Counted from the first letter of the stretch, positions 28,674-39,127 are shown. The stretch is 64,000 nt of DNA from an uncultured delta proteobacterium (GCA_963792945.1 CAWBYM010000017.1:313717-377716); one strand, 5' to 3'. A program made the numbers and translations. Notes: a model not told the origin generated them from the letters alone.

Positions 28674-28817
28674 CTAATCCATTACACAGCCGCAGGAGCA
28701 CTGCGCATGTTTCATTTTGCACACGCTGTCGTGCTCCTTGCTGCTCATGCAGTCCCTGTAGGCGGACTCGCAATCCTGGTAACAGTCTCTGGCGAAATTT
28801 TTAGAAGATTCGCTCAT
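28674..28817 (-). CDS. cysteine-rich small protein, 47 aa, 7 Cys (absent from the ORF track)
   Basis: My own translation is MSESSKNFARDCYQDCESAYRDCMSSKEHDSVCKMKHAQCSCGCVMD. GGAGAGG lies 6 nt before ATG 28817. A hairpin (28601-28628) follows the stop. It sits 140 nt downstream of the MFS gene on the same strand. Confidence 0.5.
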   Translation of the reverse strand: MSESSKNFARDCYQDCESAYRDCMSSKEHDSVCKMKHAQCSCGCVMD

Positions 28818-28957
28818 GATGATCCTCTCCATATATAACCAGTTGGTTTGTTTATTGCGCCAATGGCCGTCTCGAATACCGGCCTGCGCAGAAAATAATC
28901 ATGCGCCAGCGTGACACAATATAGTTTTTTGAAATTATTAACATATTGTCTCAAATG

Positions 28958-30121
28958 TTACGGATTCGGCCGAACATACCGCAGCAACAGCAAACCGAGC
29001 AGGGTGGCCGCACCCAGGGCGGCGATGCCCCAGTTGAAGCTGCCCATATCTCCGGCATAGCCGATCAGGGCCGGAACCATTCCCGCACCGAAAAGGTAGC
29101 TGAAAGGAACAGTCAACGCCACGGCCATGTTGCGATTGTTGTCTGCGGTGATGCTCGACAATACGGTAAATCCCAGCGGGAAGAAACAAACGCTGGCCGT
29201 GGCTTGCAAAACCAGACTTACCCCCAGCCAACTCACGGGCAGGGTTGCGATGGAAAAGGTGGCGACAGCGCTGGCGGCTACGCTTGCGAACAGGGTTTTC
29301 TTTAAACCATATTTATCGGAGAGCCAACCGGTCAGCAGGGGCATCGCAAAGGCCACGACCCTTGAAACCGACATCAGATGGTTGGCTTGGGTGGAATCCA
29401 GGTGCCGCTCGGCTATAAGATAGAGGGCCATGATGTTGAACAGCCCCTGATTAACGCCGATAGCCAGGCTGAAAAGCAGGATCATGATCCAAATAGCCGG
29501 ATTGGCCAACAAACGGCCAATGTTGGCCAGACTTGGCTCCTCGCCGCGGGTCCTTTCGGTTTTACTCAGCAAGTGGAAGAGTATTCCAGCCAGTATGGCG
29601 GCGACACCGTATACCCCCAAGGTGAAGCGCCAGGAATATTGACGCAAAAAAATTTCCGCCAATAACGGAGAGCATAGATAGGCGAGATTGGGGGCCAACT
29701 GATGGAAGGATAGCAATTTGCCCCAATGCTGGCGGTCGACCAGGGATGTCAGGGTGGCCACGCCTGATGGCAGATAAAGCCCGCCGGCGATTCCCAATAC
29801 GACCAGTGTTGCTCTCAGCGACCACAGGTTGCTGGTGAACGACAACACCAGAAGGCTCGTTCCAACGGCGATGGAAGACAGGACGATAAGGTGCTGATGG
29901 CAAATACGAGCCGAGATGAAGGTAGATCCGAAAAGGCCGCTGCCGTACCCCACGGAGACGAAGAGAAAGAGAGAGCCGGCTGCTGCGTGACTCAAGTTGA
30001 GCTCGTTGCCTATTCCGGGCAGAAGCGGCGCCAGGCCAAGCCGAGAGAGCATGTTGAGAAAGAAGATGAAAAATATGAATACGATCGTCCCGGGCACACC
30101 CCGGCGGGTCTCCGCCATCAT
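28958..30121 (-). CDS. MFS transporter
   Basis: 387 aa with about 12 hydrophobic helices and an MFS-like loop (GWLSDKYGLKK). Confidence 0.8.
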   Translation of the reverse strand: MMAETRRGVPGTIVFIFFIFFLNMLSRLGLAPLLPGIGNELNLSHAAAGSLFLFVSVGYGSGLFGSTFISARICHQHLIVLSSIAVGTSLLVLSFTSNLWSLRATLVVLGIAGGLYLPSGVATLTSLVDRQHWGKLLSFHQLAPNLAYLCSPLLAEIFLRQYSWRFTLGVYGVAAILAGILFHLLSKTERTRGEEPSLANIGRLLANPAIWIMILLFSLAIGVNQGLFNIMALYLIAERHLDSTQANHLMSVSRVVAFAMPLLTGWLSDKYGLKKTLFASVAASAVATFSIATLPVSWLGVSLVLQATASVCFFPLGFTVLSSITADNNRNMAVALTVPFSYLFGAGMVPALIGYAGDMGSFNWGIAALGAATLLGLLLLRYVRPNP

Positions 30122-30127
30122 ACGATC

Positions 30128-31126
30128 CTAACGATTCCAGCAGGCGGCCCAGTGGGGTTCGCCCCTCATCGCGAGTGGAGGTTCTTTGCGCCGGCATTGA
30201 TCGCTCACAAGTGGGCAGCGGGATTTGAAGCGGCAGCCTGAAGGCGGTTCCAAAGGGTTAGGCGGCTCGCCGGTGTAAACGATTCTTTTACGCCGCCTCT
30301 GTATGCGCGGATCGGGAACCGGGACAGCCGAAAGCAGCGCTTCCGTGTATGGATGGATGGGGTTGCTGTAAATCAGATCGGATGCGGCAACCTCTACAAT
30401 TCGACCGGCATACATGATGGCAATGCGGTCGGAAATATGCCGGACCACGGCCAGATCGTGGGCAATAAAGAGGTATGCGATGGAAAATTGACCCTGCAGG
30501 TCTTGCATCAGGTTGACGATCTGGGCGCGGATTGACACGTCCAGGGCCGAAACCGGTTCATCTGCGACGATGAATTCCGGGCTGAGAGCCAGGGCTCTTG
30601 CAATACCGATTCGCTGGCGTTGACCGCCGCTGAAAGCGTGCGGATAACGTCCGCCGGCATCCGGCGGCAATCCAACGAGTTCCAAAAGCTCTGCAACCCG
30701 GTCGGCCGCCTTGCGAACGTTCCTTTCGATTCCGTGGACGATCAACGGTTCGGCGATGATGTCGACAATTCGCATTCTGGGGTTGAGACTGGCGTAGGGA
30801 TCCTGAAACACCAGCTGCATGTTACGCCGCAAAGGGCGCAAATGGTCTTCCTTGAAATGGGTAATATCCTGCCCTTTGAAACGAATGGTGCCTGAAACCG
30901 TCGGCACCCGTCGCAAGATCGCTCTTCCGGTGGTGCTTTTGCCGGATCCTGATTCCCCGACCAATCCCAACGTTTCACCGGGAAAGACTTCCAAGGAAAC
31001 CTTCTCAACGGCATGCACCACCATGCGCTTCTGCCCCCAGAATCCGCTCCTACCGCCGTCAAAGTGAACGGTGATTCCCTCCGCTTCAACCAGCGGTTTA
31101 TTTTCCACGGCATCGATTAGGCCCAT
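30128..31126 (-). CDS. peptide/nickel-type ABC transporter ATP-binding protein (DppF/OppF-like)
   Basis: GESGSGKST Walker A, the LSGGQRQR signature, and the oligopeptide-type C-terminal domain (GCRFKSRCP). The start is uncertain (ATG 31126 or 31204). Confidence 0.8.
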   Translation of the reverse strand: MGLIDAVENKPLVEAEGITVHFDGGRSGFWGQKRMVVHAVEKVSLEVFPGETLGLVGESGSGKSTTGRAILRRVPTVSGTIRFKGQDITHFKEDHLRPLRRNMQLVFQDPYASLNPRMRIVDIIAEPLIVHGIERNVRKAADRVAELLELVGLPPDAGGRYPHAFSGGQRQRIGIARALALSPEFIVADEPVSALDVSIRAQIVNLMQDLQGQFSIAYLFIAHDLAVVRHISDRIAIMYAGRIVEVAASDLIYSNPIHPYTEALLSAVPVPDPRIQRRRKRIVYTGEPPNPLEPPSGCRFKSRCPLVSDQCRRKEPPLAMRGEPHWAACWNR

Positions 31127-31154
31127 ACGCTGCCGACATTCCTCTGCTTGCCCA

Positions 31155-32144
31155 TCACTCGGTCCATTCCGCCGTGCACCAGCAGGATACCTGGCGGTTG
31201 TCATCGATCATTTGTTTTGACGGTTGATTTTGGCAACACTCCCGTGCCTGACGGCACCGCGGTGAAAATGCGCACCCCTTGGGAAGCGAAATTAAATCCG
31301 GCGGCACCCCTTCGATGGCAATCATGCGTTCGATCACTTCGTCCGATCGGGGAGTGGCCCTTAAAAGCCCCTTGGTATAGGGATGGATGGGATTGTTGAA
31401 AATATCTTCCACATCGCCGACCTCGACGATTTTGCCGGCGTACATTACCGCTACGCGATCCGATAGTTGAGCAATGACGCCAAGATCGTGGGTGATCATA
31501 ATCACCGAGAGACCGAGCCGGTTTTGCAGATCGGCGATCAGTTCCAGAATCTGGGCCTGAATGGTGACATCCAGGGCTGTCGTTGGTTCATCGGCAATGA
31601 GCAGTTCCGGCTCACAGGCGAGGGCCATGGCGATCATCGCCCGCTGGCGCATACCGCCTGAAAATTCGCTGGGATATTGCTTTACACGCTTGGCCGGAGC
31701 GGGAATGTTGACCAGATCCAGCAATTCCACAGCACGCTCGCGGGCCCGGTGCCTGGGCATTCCCAGGTGATGCCGAAGCACCTCGCAAATCTGGCTTTCA
31801 ATGGTAAACAAAGGATTCAGCGAGGTCATGGGGTCTTGAAAGATCATGGAGATCTCTTTCCCGCGGACCTGTTTGAGGTACCCTTTTCCACCGGGACCGA
31901 TGAGCGAGCGGCCTTTCCAGCGAATGTCACCGGCAATGATTTCGCCGGGCGTGGTAATCAGTCCCATCACGGCTTGAACAGTAACGCTCTTACCGGAACC
32001 CGATTCTCCCACAAGGCCAAGGGTTTCACCGGGACCAACATGGAGATCGACACCGCGCGCACCGCGAACGATCCCGCTGCGGGTCGTAAATCGAACGTCG
32101 AGACCTTCGATTTCCAACAAAGGATGGTTTTGAATTGTGGTCAT
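31155..32144 (-). CDS. peptide/nickel-type ABC transporter ATP-binding protein (DppD/OppD-like)
   Basis: GESGSGKSV Walker A, the FSGGMRQR signature, and a C-terminal GCAFSPRC motif. I chose ATG 32144 ([15 protein letters not shown]), 7 nt after the upstream stop. Confidence 0.85.
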   Translation of the reverse strand: MTTIQNHPLLEIEGLDVRFTTRSGIVRGARGVDLHVGPGETLGLVGESGSGKSVTVQAVMGLITTPGEIIAGDIRWKGRSLIGPGGKGYLKQVRGKEISMIFQDPMTSLNPLFTIESQICEVLRHHLGMPRHRARERAVELLDLVNIPAPAKRVKQYPSEFSGGMRQRAMIAMALACEPELLIADEPTTALDVTIQAQILELIADLQNRLGLSVIMITHDLGVIAQLSDRVAVMYAGKIVEVGDVEDIFNNPIHPYTKGLLRATPRSDEVIERMIAIEGVPPDLISLPKGCAFSPRCRQARECCQNQPSKQMIDDNRQVSCWCTAEWTE

Positions 32145-32151
32145 TGATTTT

Positions 32152-33132
32152 TCACGTGATGGGGTCGGCTTTCTTGTCTTTGCGTCGTTGGATGGCAGCG
32201 GTTTTGATGGCAAATTGTTTCTCGCGTTCCTTGGGATCAGAAATCAACCGCATCCAACTGGCAACCAGGTTGATGGCCAGAACGGTGATGGAGATGGCGA
32301 TACCCGGCATGGTAACGAGCCACCAGGCGCGAAACATGTAATCCTTTCCGGTGGCGACATCCAAACCCCAGGACGTCGCCGGCGGCTGGATTCCCAGGCC
32401 GAGAAAGGAAAGGGCCGCTTCGGCCAATACGATTCTGGCAAATTCCAAAATCCCAAGGGTGATCAGCGGTGAGGTCAAATTGGGCAGAATGTGCCGAAAG
32501 ATCACGCGTATCGAGGTGCAACCCAACACCTCGGCTGCCTCAACATAGGGTGTCTGTCGCACCGAAAGTACGGCACTGCGGGTCATGCGGCCATAGACCA
32601 TCCAACCGTTGAGAGCCAAGACAATGATCACAGTGGTCATACTCGGTCCGATAACGGCCAGGATGATCAGGGCCAGTAAAAGGCCGGGAAACGCCACCTG
32701 GGTATCGATCCAGCGCATGATAAAACTGTCGGTTCGTCCGCCCCGGTACCCGGCCAGAAGCCCCATCACGATGCCGAATGATCCGGCCAGAAGCACGACC
32801 AATGTTCCGACCAGCAAAGATACCCTGGATCCATAGATCACTCGGGACAGAACATCACGCCCGAGGTGATCGGTTCCGAGGATGTGTTGCCACGTTCCAT
32901 TTTCGCTCCAAACAGGCGGTTTCAACCGCGATCGCAAATCCTGCACAGCCGGGTCGTGAGGGGCGATCAACGGGGCACTGAAAGCCATGGAGATCAGGAC
33001 GGCCATGAGGACCACGCCGATGAAACCGGCTTTATCCCGCCACAGCTCCAGACCCAATTCACGTAGCGAGTCCAACCGTTCAAGGCCACGGCCGGCGAGC
33101 ATCTGCTCAGCGCTGCTGCTTAAATTCGTCAT
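32152..33132 (-). CDS. ABC transporter permease (DppC/OppC-like)
   Basis: Polytopic, with a BPD-transporter EAA-like loop (YVEAAEVLG). Confidence 0.85.
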   Translation of the reverse strand: MTNLSSSAEQMLAGRGLERLDSLRELGLELWRDKAGFIGVVLMAVLISMAFSAPLIAPHDPAVQDLRSRLKPPVWSENGTWQHILGTDHLGRDVLSRVIYGSRVSLLVGTLVVLLAGSFGIVMGLLAGYRGGRTDSFIMRWIDTQVAFPGLLLALIILAVIGPSMTTVIIVLALNGWMVYGRMTRSAVLSVRQTPYVEAAEVLGCTSIRVIFRHILPNLTSPLITLGILEFARIVLAEAALSFLGLGIQPPATSWGLDVATGKDYMFRAWWLVTMPGIAISITVLAINLVASWMRLISDPKEREKQFAIKTAAIQRRKDKKADPIT

Positions 33133-33134
33133 TC

Positions 33135-34055
33135 TCAGGATAGTTTCAAACGCGGATCAATGAGCGTGTAGGCCACGTCCATCAGGATATTTATCAAGAC
33201 AACGGTGATGGCCACTGTAAAAACGATGGCTTGCAGGAGAATCAGATCCTCCCGCTCAATGGCTTGAATGGCCGTCAATCCCAATCCCGGCCAGGCGAAT
33301 ACGGTTTCCACCACCACCGAGTAACCGGCAATGGCGCGGATCAGTTCCCAACCGCAGAGGGTCACCACCGGCAAGCCGGCATTGCGGAGAGCGTGTATAC
33401 CCACCACGCGCATGAAAGGCATGCCTTTGGCGGTGCTCGTTTTAACATACTGCTCGTTCAACTCGTCTATCATGGCGGATCTGACGATCATCACCAGCCT
33501 GGCCAGTGCAGGCAGCGCCAGGGTGACTGCTGGCATAATGACATGGGCCGGCGTGGCGATACCGGAGGTTGGCAGCCAGTGCAACTGGACGGCAAATACG
33601 ACAATCAGTAAAAGCCCGAGCCAGAATTGAGGCACCGACAACCCGATCAGGCTCAAGAAAACGGTGATGCGATCCGTGATTCCACCCGGCCGCAGGGCCG
33701 CGATGATGCCCAGCGGAAGCGAAAGGACCATTGCCAGACCGATACCAAGGAAAGCCAGTGCAAGCGTCAACGGCAGTTTTTCGAAAACAATCTCCATCGC
33801 CGGGCGGTGCTGCCAGAGGGAGTCTCCGAAATTGAGATGGGCAAGATCAGCCAAAAACTCAGCGAACTGGACCGGTATGGGCCGATCCAGTCCCAGCTGT
33901 TTTTCAAAAGCGGCGCGCTGCTCGATCGTCGCCTCAAGGGGCAACATCACCTTTACCGGATCTCCCACCAGACGGGTGACCAGAAACACAATCACGGTGA
34001 CGCCCAGGATAACGATGGCGCCATGCCCTATTCTTCTGAGGATATAGCGTCCCAT
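33135..34055 (-). CDS. ABC transporter permease (DppB/OppB-like)
   Basis: N-terminus MGRYILRRIGHGAIVILGVTVIVFL is typical of DppB/OppB. It carries an EAA-like loop (YVKTSTAKG). Confidence 0.85.
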   Translation of the reverse strand: MGRYILRRIGHGAIVILGVTVIVFLVTRLVGDPVKVMLPLEATIEQRAAFEKQLGLDRPIPVQFAEFLADLAHLNFGDSLWQHRPAMEIVFEKLPLTLALAFLGIGLAMVLSLPLGIIAALRPGGITDRITVFLSLIGLSVPQFWLGLLLIVVFAVQLHWLPTSGIATPAHVIMPAVTLALPALARLVMIVRSAMIDELNEQYVKTSTAKGMPFMRVVGIHALRNAGLPVVTLCGWELIRAIAGYSVVVETVFAWPGLGLTAIQAIEREDLILLQAIVFTVAITVVLINILMDVAYTLIDPRLKLS

Positions 34056-34064
34056 ACCGGTCGA

Positions 34065-35558
34065 TTATTTCTGTTTGAGCGACATTTCACTGACCAAAAT
34101 CTTGGCATCGACGCGGCCATTCCAATCCAGTCGTTTGCTCAAGCCGTAGATGTCCTCGATGTTGAGCAGCCACAGGAAATACGCCTGATCATAGGCTCTT
34201 TTCACGGCTTTATCATAGAGGGATTGGCGTTTGGTTGCATCGGTTTCGGTTCTGGCTTTGTCGATCATAGCCGCCAGTTCCTGATCCGTGTTGGAAGAGC
34301 CGATACCACCAGCCTTGTAGTAGGCCGAAAAACTTTTGTCGGCATCGAGCAATTCATTGGAACTGACGACAAAAATGCCGTCACCCCTGGACTTACGATC
34401 GAAGAGACGGTTCAAGTACTCGTTGAATTCAAAAATTCGCACTTTGGTTTTGACGCCGACGGCATCCCAGTATGCTGCCACGGCCTCGACCAATTCACGA
34501 TCTTTGAGCCAGCGACCCGAGGTTCCAATGAGCTCTACGGTCACCCCGTCGGCGCCCGCCTCCTTCAACAGTGCCTGGGCTTTCTCCGGATCATACGGAT
34601 AGGCGGAGACGTCTTTGTTATAGCCAAAAAAGGACGGGCTCAGCAGTTGACCTTGGGCAACCTGAGCATAGCCTTCGAAGAGGCCTTCTGCCAGCGCCTG
34701 TTTGTCGACGGCATAGTTCAGCGCTTGGCGGACACGAACATCCTTTGTCGGGCCGCCATCCGCATTCAGGATGACAATGGGATGTTCCAAACCCAGAATA
34801 TTGATCGCTTGGGGAACCTGTTGGGTGAATTCCGGTAAGAGATTGGTTATCACGTCGAACTCTCCGGCCATCAAACCGGCCAAACGCGTACCGGGTTCCT
34901 CTACAAAACGGTAGGTGACACTTTCAATGGATGGTTTGGTGCCCCAATAATCGTTATTGCGCATCAGGGCTATGGTTTGGCCCCGTTTCCAGTTCACAAA
35001 TTTATAGGGGCCGGTTCCGATCGGCGCTTCGGCAAACTTGGCGTCCCTCGAGTATGCTGGAGGAACCATTTTCAACCAGTAGAGTCGCGACAGGAGGATC
35101 GGGTCAGGTCCGTCGGTCACAATCTTGACCGTTAGATCATCGATTTTGACGGCATCCTTGATGGTGTTAAAAAAAGAGATCTGTTCGGAATTGAAATTCG
35201 GGTCGATAATTCGCTTTATGCTGTAAACGGCCGCGTCGGCATTGAACGGTTCGCCGTTGTGGAAAGTCACGCCTGGACGGAGTTTGACCTGCCAGCTGTC
35301 CGGGCTGAGCAGGGTCGGCTCCGAGGCCGCCAAGCCCGGTTTCAGTTCTCCGTCGGGAGTTCTCACCATGAGGGTGTCGTAAATATTGTCATTTACGGCC
35401 CGTTCTCCGCCATCCTCCCGCAACTGAGGGTCCAGGGTCGTCGGTTCGGAACCGAGGGCGATGGTAACCCCTTGGGCCTGTGCGGCAACCGGTGAAATAA
35501 TGAATAATAATAGTGAACAGATCATCCCAAAGACGATAAATTTGTCCGATGTTCTCAT
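34065..35558 (-). CDS. ABC transporter substrate-binding protein, family 5 (peptide/nickel/opine type)
   Basis: Signal peptide, then VTIALGSEPTTLDPQ... Length is 497 aa, typical for SBP family 5. Confidence 0.85.
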   Translation of the reverse strand: MRTSDKFIVFGMICSLLLFIISPVAAQAQGVTIALGSEPTTLDPQLREDGGERAVNDNIYDTLMVRTPDGELKPGLAASEPTLLSPDSWQVKLRPGVTFHNGEPFNADAAVYSIKRIIDPNFNSEQISFFNTIKDAVKIDDLTVKIVTDGPDPILLSRLYWLKMVPPAYSRDAKFAEAPIGTGPYKFVNWKRGQTIALMRNNDYWGTKPSIESVTYRFVEEPGTRLAGLMAGEFDVITNLLPEFTQQVPQAINILGLEHPIVILNADGGPTKDVRVRQALNYAVDKQALAEGLFEGYAQVAQGQLLSPSFFGYNKDVSAYPYDPEKAQALLKEAGADGVTVELIGTSGRWLKDRELVEAVAAYWDAVGVKTKVRIFEFNEYLNRLFDRKSRGDGIFVVSSNELLDADKSFSAYYKAGGIGSSNTDQELAAMIDKARTETDATKRQSLYDKAVKRAYDQAYFLWLLNIEDIYGLSKRLDWNGRVDAKILVSEMSLKQK

Positions 35559-35589
35559 ACTTTCCTCCTCGATGGTGATTGGACATCAA

Positions 35590-36870
35590 TCAATATTCGG
35601 CGGTAAAAACGTTCATAAGACCGGCCTGGTCGACTCTGTGCGATATCTTGTCGATATCTGTGGTGTAAAGATTTCTTTCTTGCATACGATCAAAAAGGAC
35701 CGAACCGGAAAAGGTGAATTTCTTCGCAAGTTCGCCATACTCCCGCATTTGCACACGCACATGCCGAATGGCGTCACCGATGGCGAGGGTCTCGGGGAGT
35801 ACCAGTGGCGTTTCCTTTTTGATATAGCGCACCGCATTGTATCCGGCAAGGGTGCCCGTGCAAATCGCCTCGGTGTGGCCGACCAGCAGGCCCGCTTTTT
35901 CTCCCGCACAAAACAGGTTGTCGATGCCATCTACCTTCAGCGTGTCATCACGGGGCGACATGCCGATGTAGCGCACGGAGTTGCCTATTCCGCCGGAGTA
36001 GGGATCTTCGTAGCGGGCATTTTCGAAGCCGGGTATCTCCCGCAAGAGAGCCAGCGGAAAAAACGGACTCATCAGTTTGGCGTGTCCGGTATCCAGAAGG
36101 ATGATGTTTTGCTCGAAATCAGGAATGGCGTATTGCTGACAGGCTTTCATGGACAGTTTGCCGCCCAGTTGTTTCGATTTCGGGATGGGAACGACGGCCA
36201 CCCCCCTTTTATTCAATTGGTCGAGAAGCTCCGACGAAAGAGATTCTTTATGCAACTTGCACGACCCGCTGATCGCACCTATCTGGGATCCTTTGGTCCC
36301 GGACATTTCGGCGACACCGGCCTTGGCGGCTAGGCTTACCCTGCCGCCGAAGCTGTGGCATCGCAGCACGCACATCGCACAGCCGTTGCCGTATTTGCTG
36401 CAGTTTGCCGGGGGGCCGGCGGTGCCGGTTGTTTCAACAAATACGTCGCCGTTCGATTCAAAGGGCTCACCCGCTTTCTTACCATTAACCGTTACGATCC
36501 TGCCGCCTTTGACTGTCACCCCGGTTATTCTGGTACTGAAATGCATATCGATGCCGTGTCCGGCAAGCAGCCGCCGAATCACCGGTTCCATTGTGCCGAC
36601 ATTGTACAGGGATGCGTGGAAATGGCCCGGAAATTCGACACCTTTATGGAGTAGGTTACCGTCAATGGCCTTGAACAGGGTGCCGCCACCCATGGCGATC
36701 AGCTCTTCAGTGGCAGTATACCGGCCGTTATTGCGCATGATGCCCCCGACGAGACCTGTCCCGAGCAGCATATCGGTCCGTTCGATGAGAGCGACATGGG
36801 CGCCCTTTGCCTTAGCGGCCAAAGCGGCGGCACAGCCAGCCCATCCGCCGCCGACTATCGTCACATGCAT
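35590..36870 (-). CDS. FAD-dependent oxidoreductase (GidA/TrmFO-like fold) with a CX6CX2CX3C cluster
   Basis: N-terminal dinucleotide motif VTIVGGGWAGCAAA and an internal CSKYGNGCAMCVLRC cluster. It is the first gene of the minus-strand operon ahead of the ABC system. Confidence 0.7.
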   Translation of the reverse strand: MHVTIVGGGWAGCAAALAAKAKGAHVALIERTDMLLGTGLVGGIMRNNGRYTATEELIAMGGGTLFKAIDGNLLHKGVEFPGHFHASLYNVGTMEPVIRRLLAGHGIDMHFSTRITGVTVKGGRIVTVNGKKAGEPFESNGDVFVETTGTAGPPANCSKYGNGCAMCVLRCHSFGGRVSLAAKAGVAEMSGTKGSQIGAISGSCKLHKESLSSELLDQLNKRGVAVVPIPKSKQLGGKLSMKACQQYAIPDFEQNIILLDTGHAKLMSPFFPLALLREIPGFENARYEDPYSGGIGNSVRYIGMSPRDDTLKVDGIDNLFCAGEKAGLLVGHTEAICTGTLAGYNAVRYIKKETPLVLPETLAIGDAIRHVRVQMREYGELAKKFTFSGSVLFDRMQERNLYTTDIDKISHRVDQAGLMNVFTAEY

Positions 36871-37167
36871 GGTATATATCTCCTCTATCGGTGAGTACGG
36901 CTGTTAATCGTTCTCTTTTGATACCTCTGGCGTATGCGGGATAACGACAATGTCCTCCCTGCCATAGATTTTACGCTCAGAGAAGGAGGACGTTTTCTAT
37001 AAAATTAAAAATATCTGCAGAACAGTTTATATTCAGGCATTACGTTGAATTTTGCTGGATTTGAGCGCAACGGAATTTTTCGCCTTCCCTTCAGGAAGGC
37101 GGTTATCCTGAAGAGCGATAATTTCCTCTTCGCGATCTCGTTGAACAAAATGCCTGTAATATATGGT

Positions 37168-37776
37168 TTAAAACCTGTAGGAGTAGCGGAGCCCGATGGT
37201 ATCGAGGCCCTCGTTGGGCTCGGCCAAGTAGGCGTTCGAGACATGGACGAAAAGAACCGAAACGCCGTGGTGTTTTGCAAATATCAAACCGAGTTCAACC
37301 GGTATGCGGAAAAGAACACGGGAACCCAGGGCTTTTTTGTCATCATAACCGGGTTGCAATTCGCCATCATGCACGGCCAAACCGAGGCCGAAATTAAAAA
37401 ACAATCCGGAAAAGCGAGCGTACTCCCACAGCAGGCCGGAATAGAGAGTATTCGTATCCCCCTGGTTGTTCAAGCTGAAGCCCACGTTAGAGTAAATCTT
37501 TCCGGTGAACAACGAAATGTCAGGAAAATTAAAAATCACTTCGGCATTCAGATCAAATCCCCCCTCCGAACGAGTGCGGCTCCATAAGGGGACGTCATGG
37601 ACCAGAATGCCGATTCGAAATCCATGGAGCCATCGGGAATGATCCGTGTTCTGTATTTCTTCTGCATCTATCACCTGGGCGCTGAATACGACAAGCAAAA
37701 AATATAAGCAGATCGATGTCAGAAATCGAATCGTGTAAAGGTTTTGAAACCGCTTGTCGGCAAAGTGTAAGATCAT
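37168..37776 (-). CDS. acyloxyacyl hydrolase / lipid A 3-O-deacylase (PagL-like) outer-membrane beta-barrel
   Basis: N-terminal hydrophobic leader, alternating beta-strand pattern, the HVSNA (His/Ser) motif near the C-terminus, and a terminal aromatic ...YSYRF. Confidence 0.6.
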   Translation of the reverse strand: MILHFADKRFQNLYTIRFLTSICLYFLLVVFSAQVIDAEEIQNTDHSRWLHGFRIGILVHDVPLWSRTRSEGGFDLNAEVIFNFPDISLFTGKIYSNVGFSLNNQGDTNTLYSGLLWEYARFSGLFFNFGLGLAVHDGELQPGYDDKKALGSRVLFRIPVELGLIFAKHHGVSVLFVHVSNAYLAEPNEGLDTIGLRYSYRF

Positions 37777-37957
37777 GCCTTACGCCTATTCTGTTGCCCG
37801 ATCAATTTTTGAAAAATCGGCGATAATTGATTAATTTGTAATCTTGCGTTCCGCAGGCAATGGGGCGCCCGGTTTTGTTGCAAACCAGATCGACGGCTTT
37901 CGAAGCCATGGCGCGCATGGTCGTGGCCTTACCGCCTAAAAGGGAAAAAAATCCATT

Positions 37958-39127
37958 TCAGTCAATGGCCTTATGCAAGATGTCTTGGAGTTCTGTTGTC
38001 GAGAGAATCACCGGGTTTGTCTTCATGCTGCTGGCTTTTTGGGATCGGGTAATCAATTCCGGCAGGTGGTGATGCCCGAGACCGTAAGTGGACAGAGAAG
38101 GGATGTTTAATTCTCGACTCAATTCATGCAGCCACTGAACGAGTTCGGGCACTGTGGCTGAAGGTGAACCGGTAAGCCAGCGCGCCACATCCTTGAGCTT
38201 CGCCAGTGCTGTTGATTGAGGATTTTGTTCCTGCAATGCTTTCACATTGGCTGCAATGACATGGGGCAGCAACTTAGCACATACAGCACCGTGGGGCGCA
38301 GGGCACATACCACCCAGCGGTGCCGCAATACCATGAACGGCCCCGAGGCCCGAATTGGCCAAAGCCAATCCACTGAAAAGACTGGCCAGGGATAAATCGG
38401 TGCGGGCGTTCAAGTCTTCGGGATTGTGGTATGCGGGTCTGAGGGAACGGGCCGACCGCATAATCCCTTCCCGGCACACGCTTTCGGTCATCGGATTCGA
38501 TCGCTTGGACACATACGCTTCGATGAGTTGTGTCAGGGCGTCCATTCCGGTTGTGGCCGTGACGGCCGGGGGGAGTGAAAGGGTCAGCTCCGGATCGACG
38601 ACTGCATAACGTGGGTACATCGATGGACTGCGCAGGCTGACCTTCACTTCGTGCGCGTTTGACTTCAGTACGGCATTGCAGGTCACCTCGGCTCCGGTGC
38701 CGGCGGTGGTCGGAATGGCGATCACGGGAATCGGGTCCTGCCGCAGCGGCCGCCTGTTGCCGATGACTTCCAGGTAGTCGATCACCTCTCCAGGGTTGTG
38801 CATCAGGGCTGCGATGGCCTTGGCGGTATCGAGTGCGCTGCCGCCGCCGTACCCGATCACCACATTGGCTCTGCACTCGCGGGCCGAAGACAGGCCTTGC
38901 TCGATTTCCGCAACGGTCGGTTCCCCGGTTACGCTGAAAAGGCTGTAGCGCGAATTGTTCTTTTTCAGTGCGTTAAAAAGCGGTACGGCCCGCTCGGAAG
39001 AGCGGCCGGTCACCACCAACAACCGATCGCCTAATGCAGCGGTGAGCCTATCAGCCTGATCCAGTGATCCGGGGCCGAAGATGATTCGACCGGCCGTGCT
39101 GAATTCGAAAACCATCATTGCACCCAA
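37958..39127 (-). CDS. iron-containing (group III) alcohol dehydrogenase
   Basis: The [15 protein letters not shown] motif. Length is 389 aa. It overlaps the glpK stop by 13 nt. Confidence 0.85.
   Translation of the reverse strand: MGAMMVFEFSTAGRIIFGPGSLDQADRLTAALGDRLLVVTGRSSERAVPLFNALKKNNSRYSLFSVTGEPTVAEIEQGLSSARECRANVVIGYGGGSALDTAKAIAALMHNPGEVIDYLEVIGNRRPLRQDPIPVIAIPTTAGTGAEVTCNAVLKSNAHEVKVSLRSPSMYPRYAVVDPELTLSLPPAVTATTGMDALTQLIEAYVSKRSNPMTESVCREGIMRSARSLRPAYHNPEDLNARTDLSLASLFSGLALANSGLGAVHGIAAPLGGMCPAPHGAVCAKLLPHVIAANVKALQEQNPQSTALAKLKDVARWLTGSPSATVPELVQWLHELSRELNIPSLSTYGLGHHHLPELITRSQKASSMKTNPVILSTTELQDILHKAID

Noticed and set aside
33627-34838. A 403-aa ORF on the plus strand. Similar long ORFs occur at 8163-9311(-), 5220-6158(-), 4254-5123(-), 27241-28191(-), 61413-62441(-), 35461-36333(+) and 36149-36907(+).
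   Set aside because: All lie antisense to genes with unmistakable family signatures (dppB/dppA, clpA, secA, gabD, the aldo/keto reductase, the FAD oxidoreductase). Their translations are low-complexity and R/G/P/H-rich with no motifs. These are typical shadow ORFs of GC-rich DNA.
37801-37960. The frame stays open for 52 codons in-frame after the Fe-ADH TGA stop (…NGFFSLLGGKATTMRAMASKAVDLVCNKTGRPIACGTQDYKLINYRRFFKN). With selB present, this raised the idea of Sec read-through.
   Set aside because: The ADH is already full-length (389 aa) at the TGA. Sharing a frame has a one-in-three chance by itself. The only nearby hairpin (ccatg-cgcgc-catgg, ~40 nt downstream) does not resemble a bacterial SECIS by position or loop, and I recognise no domain in the extension.
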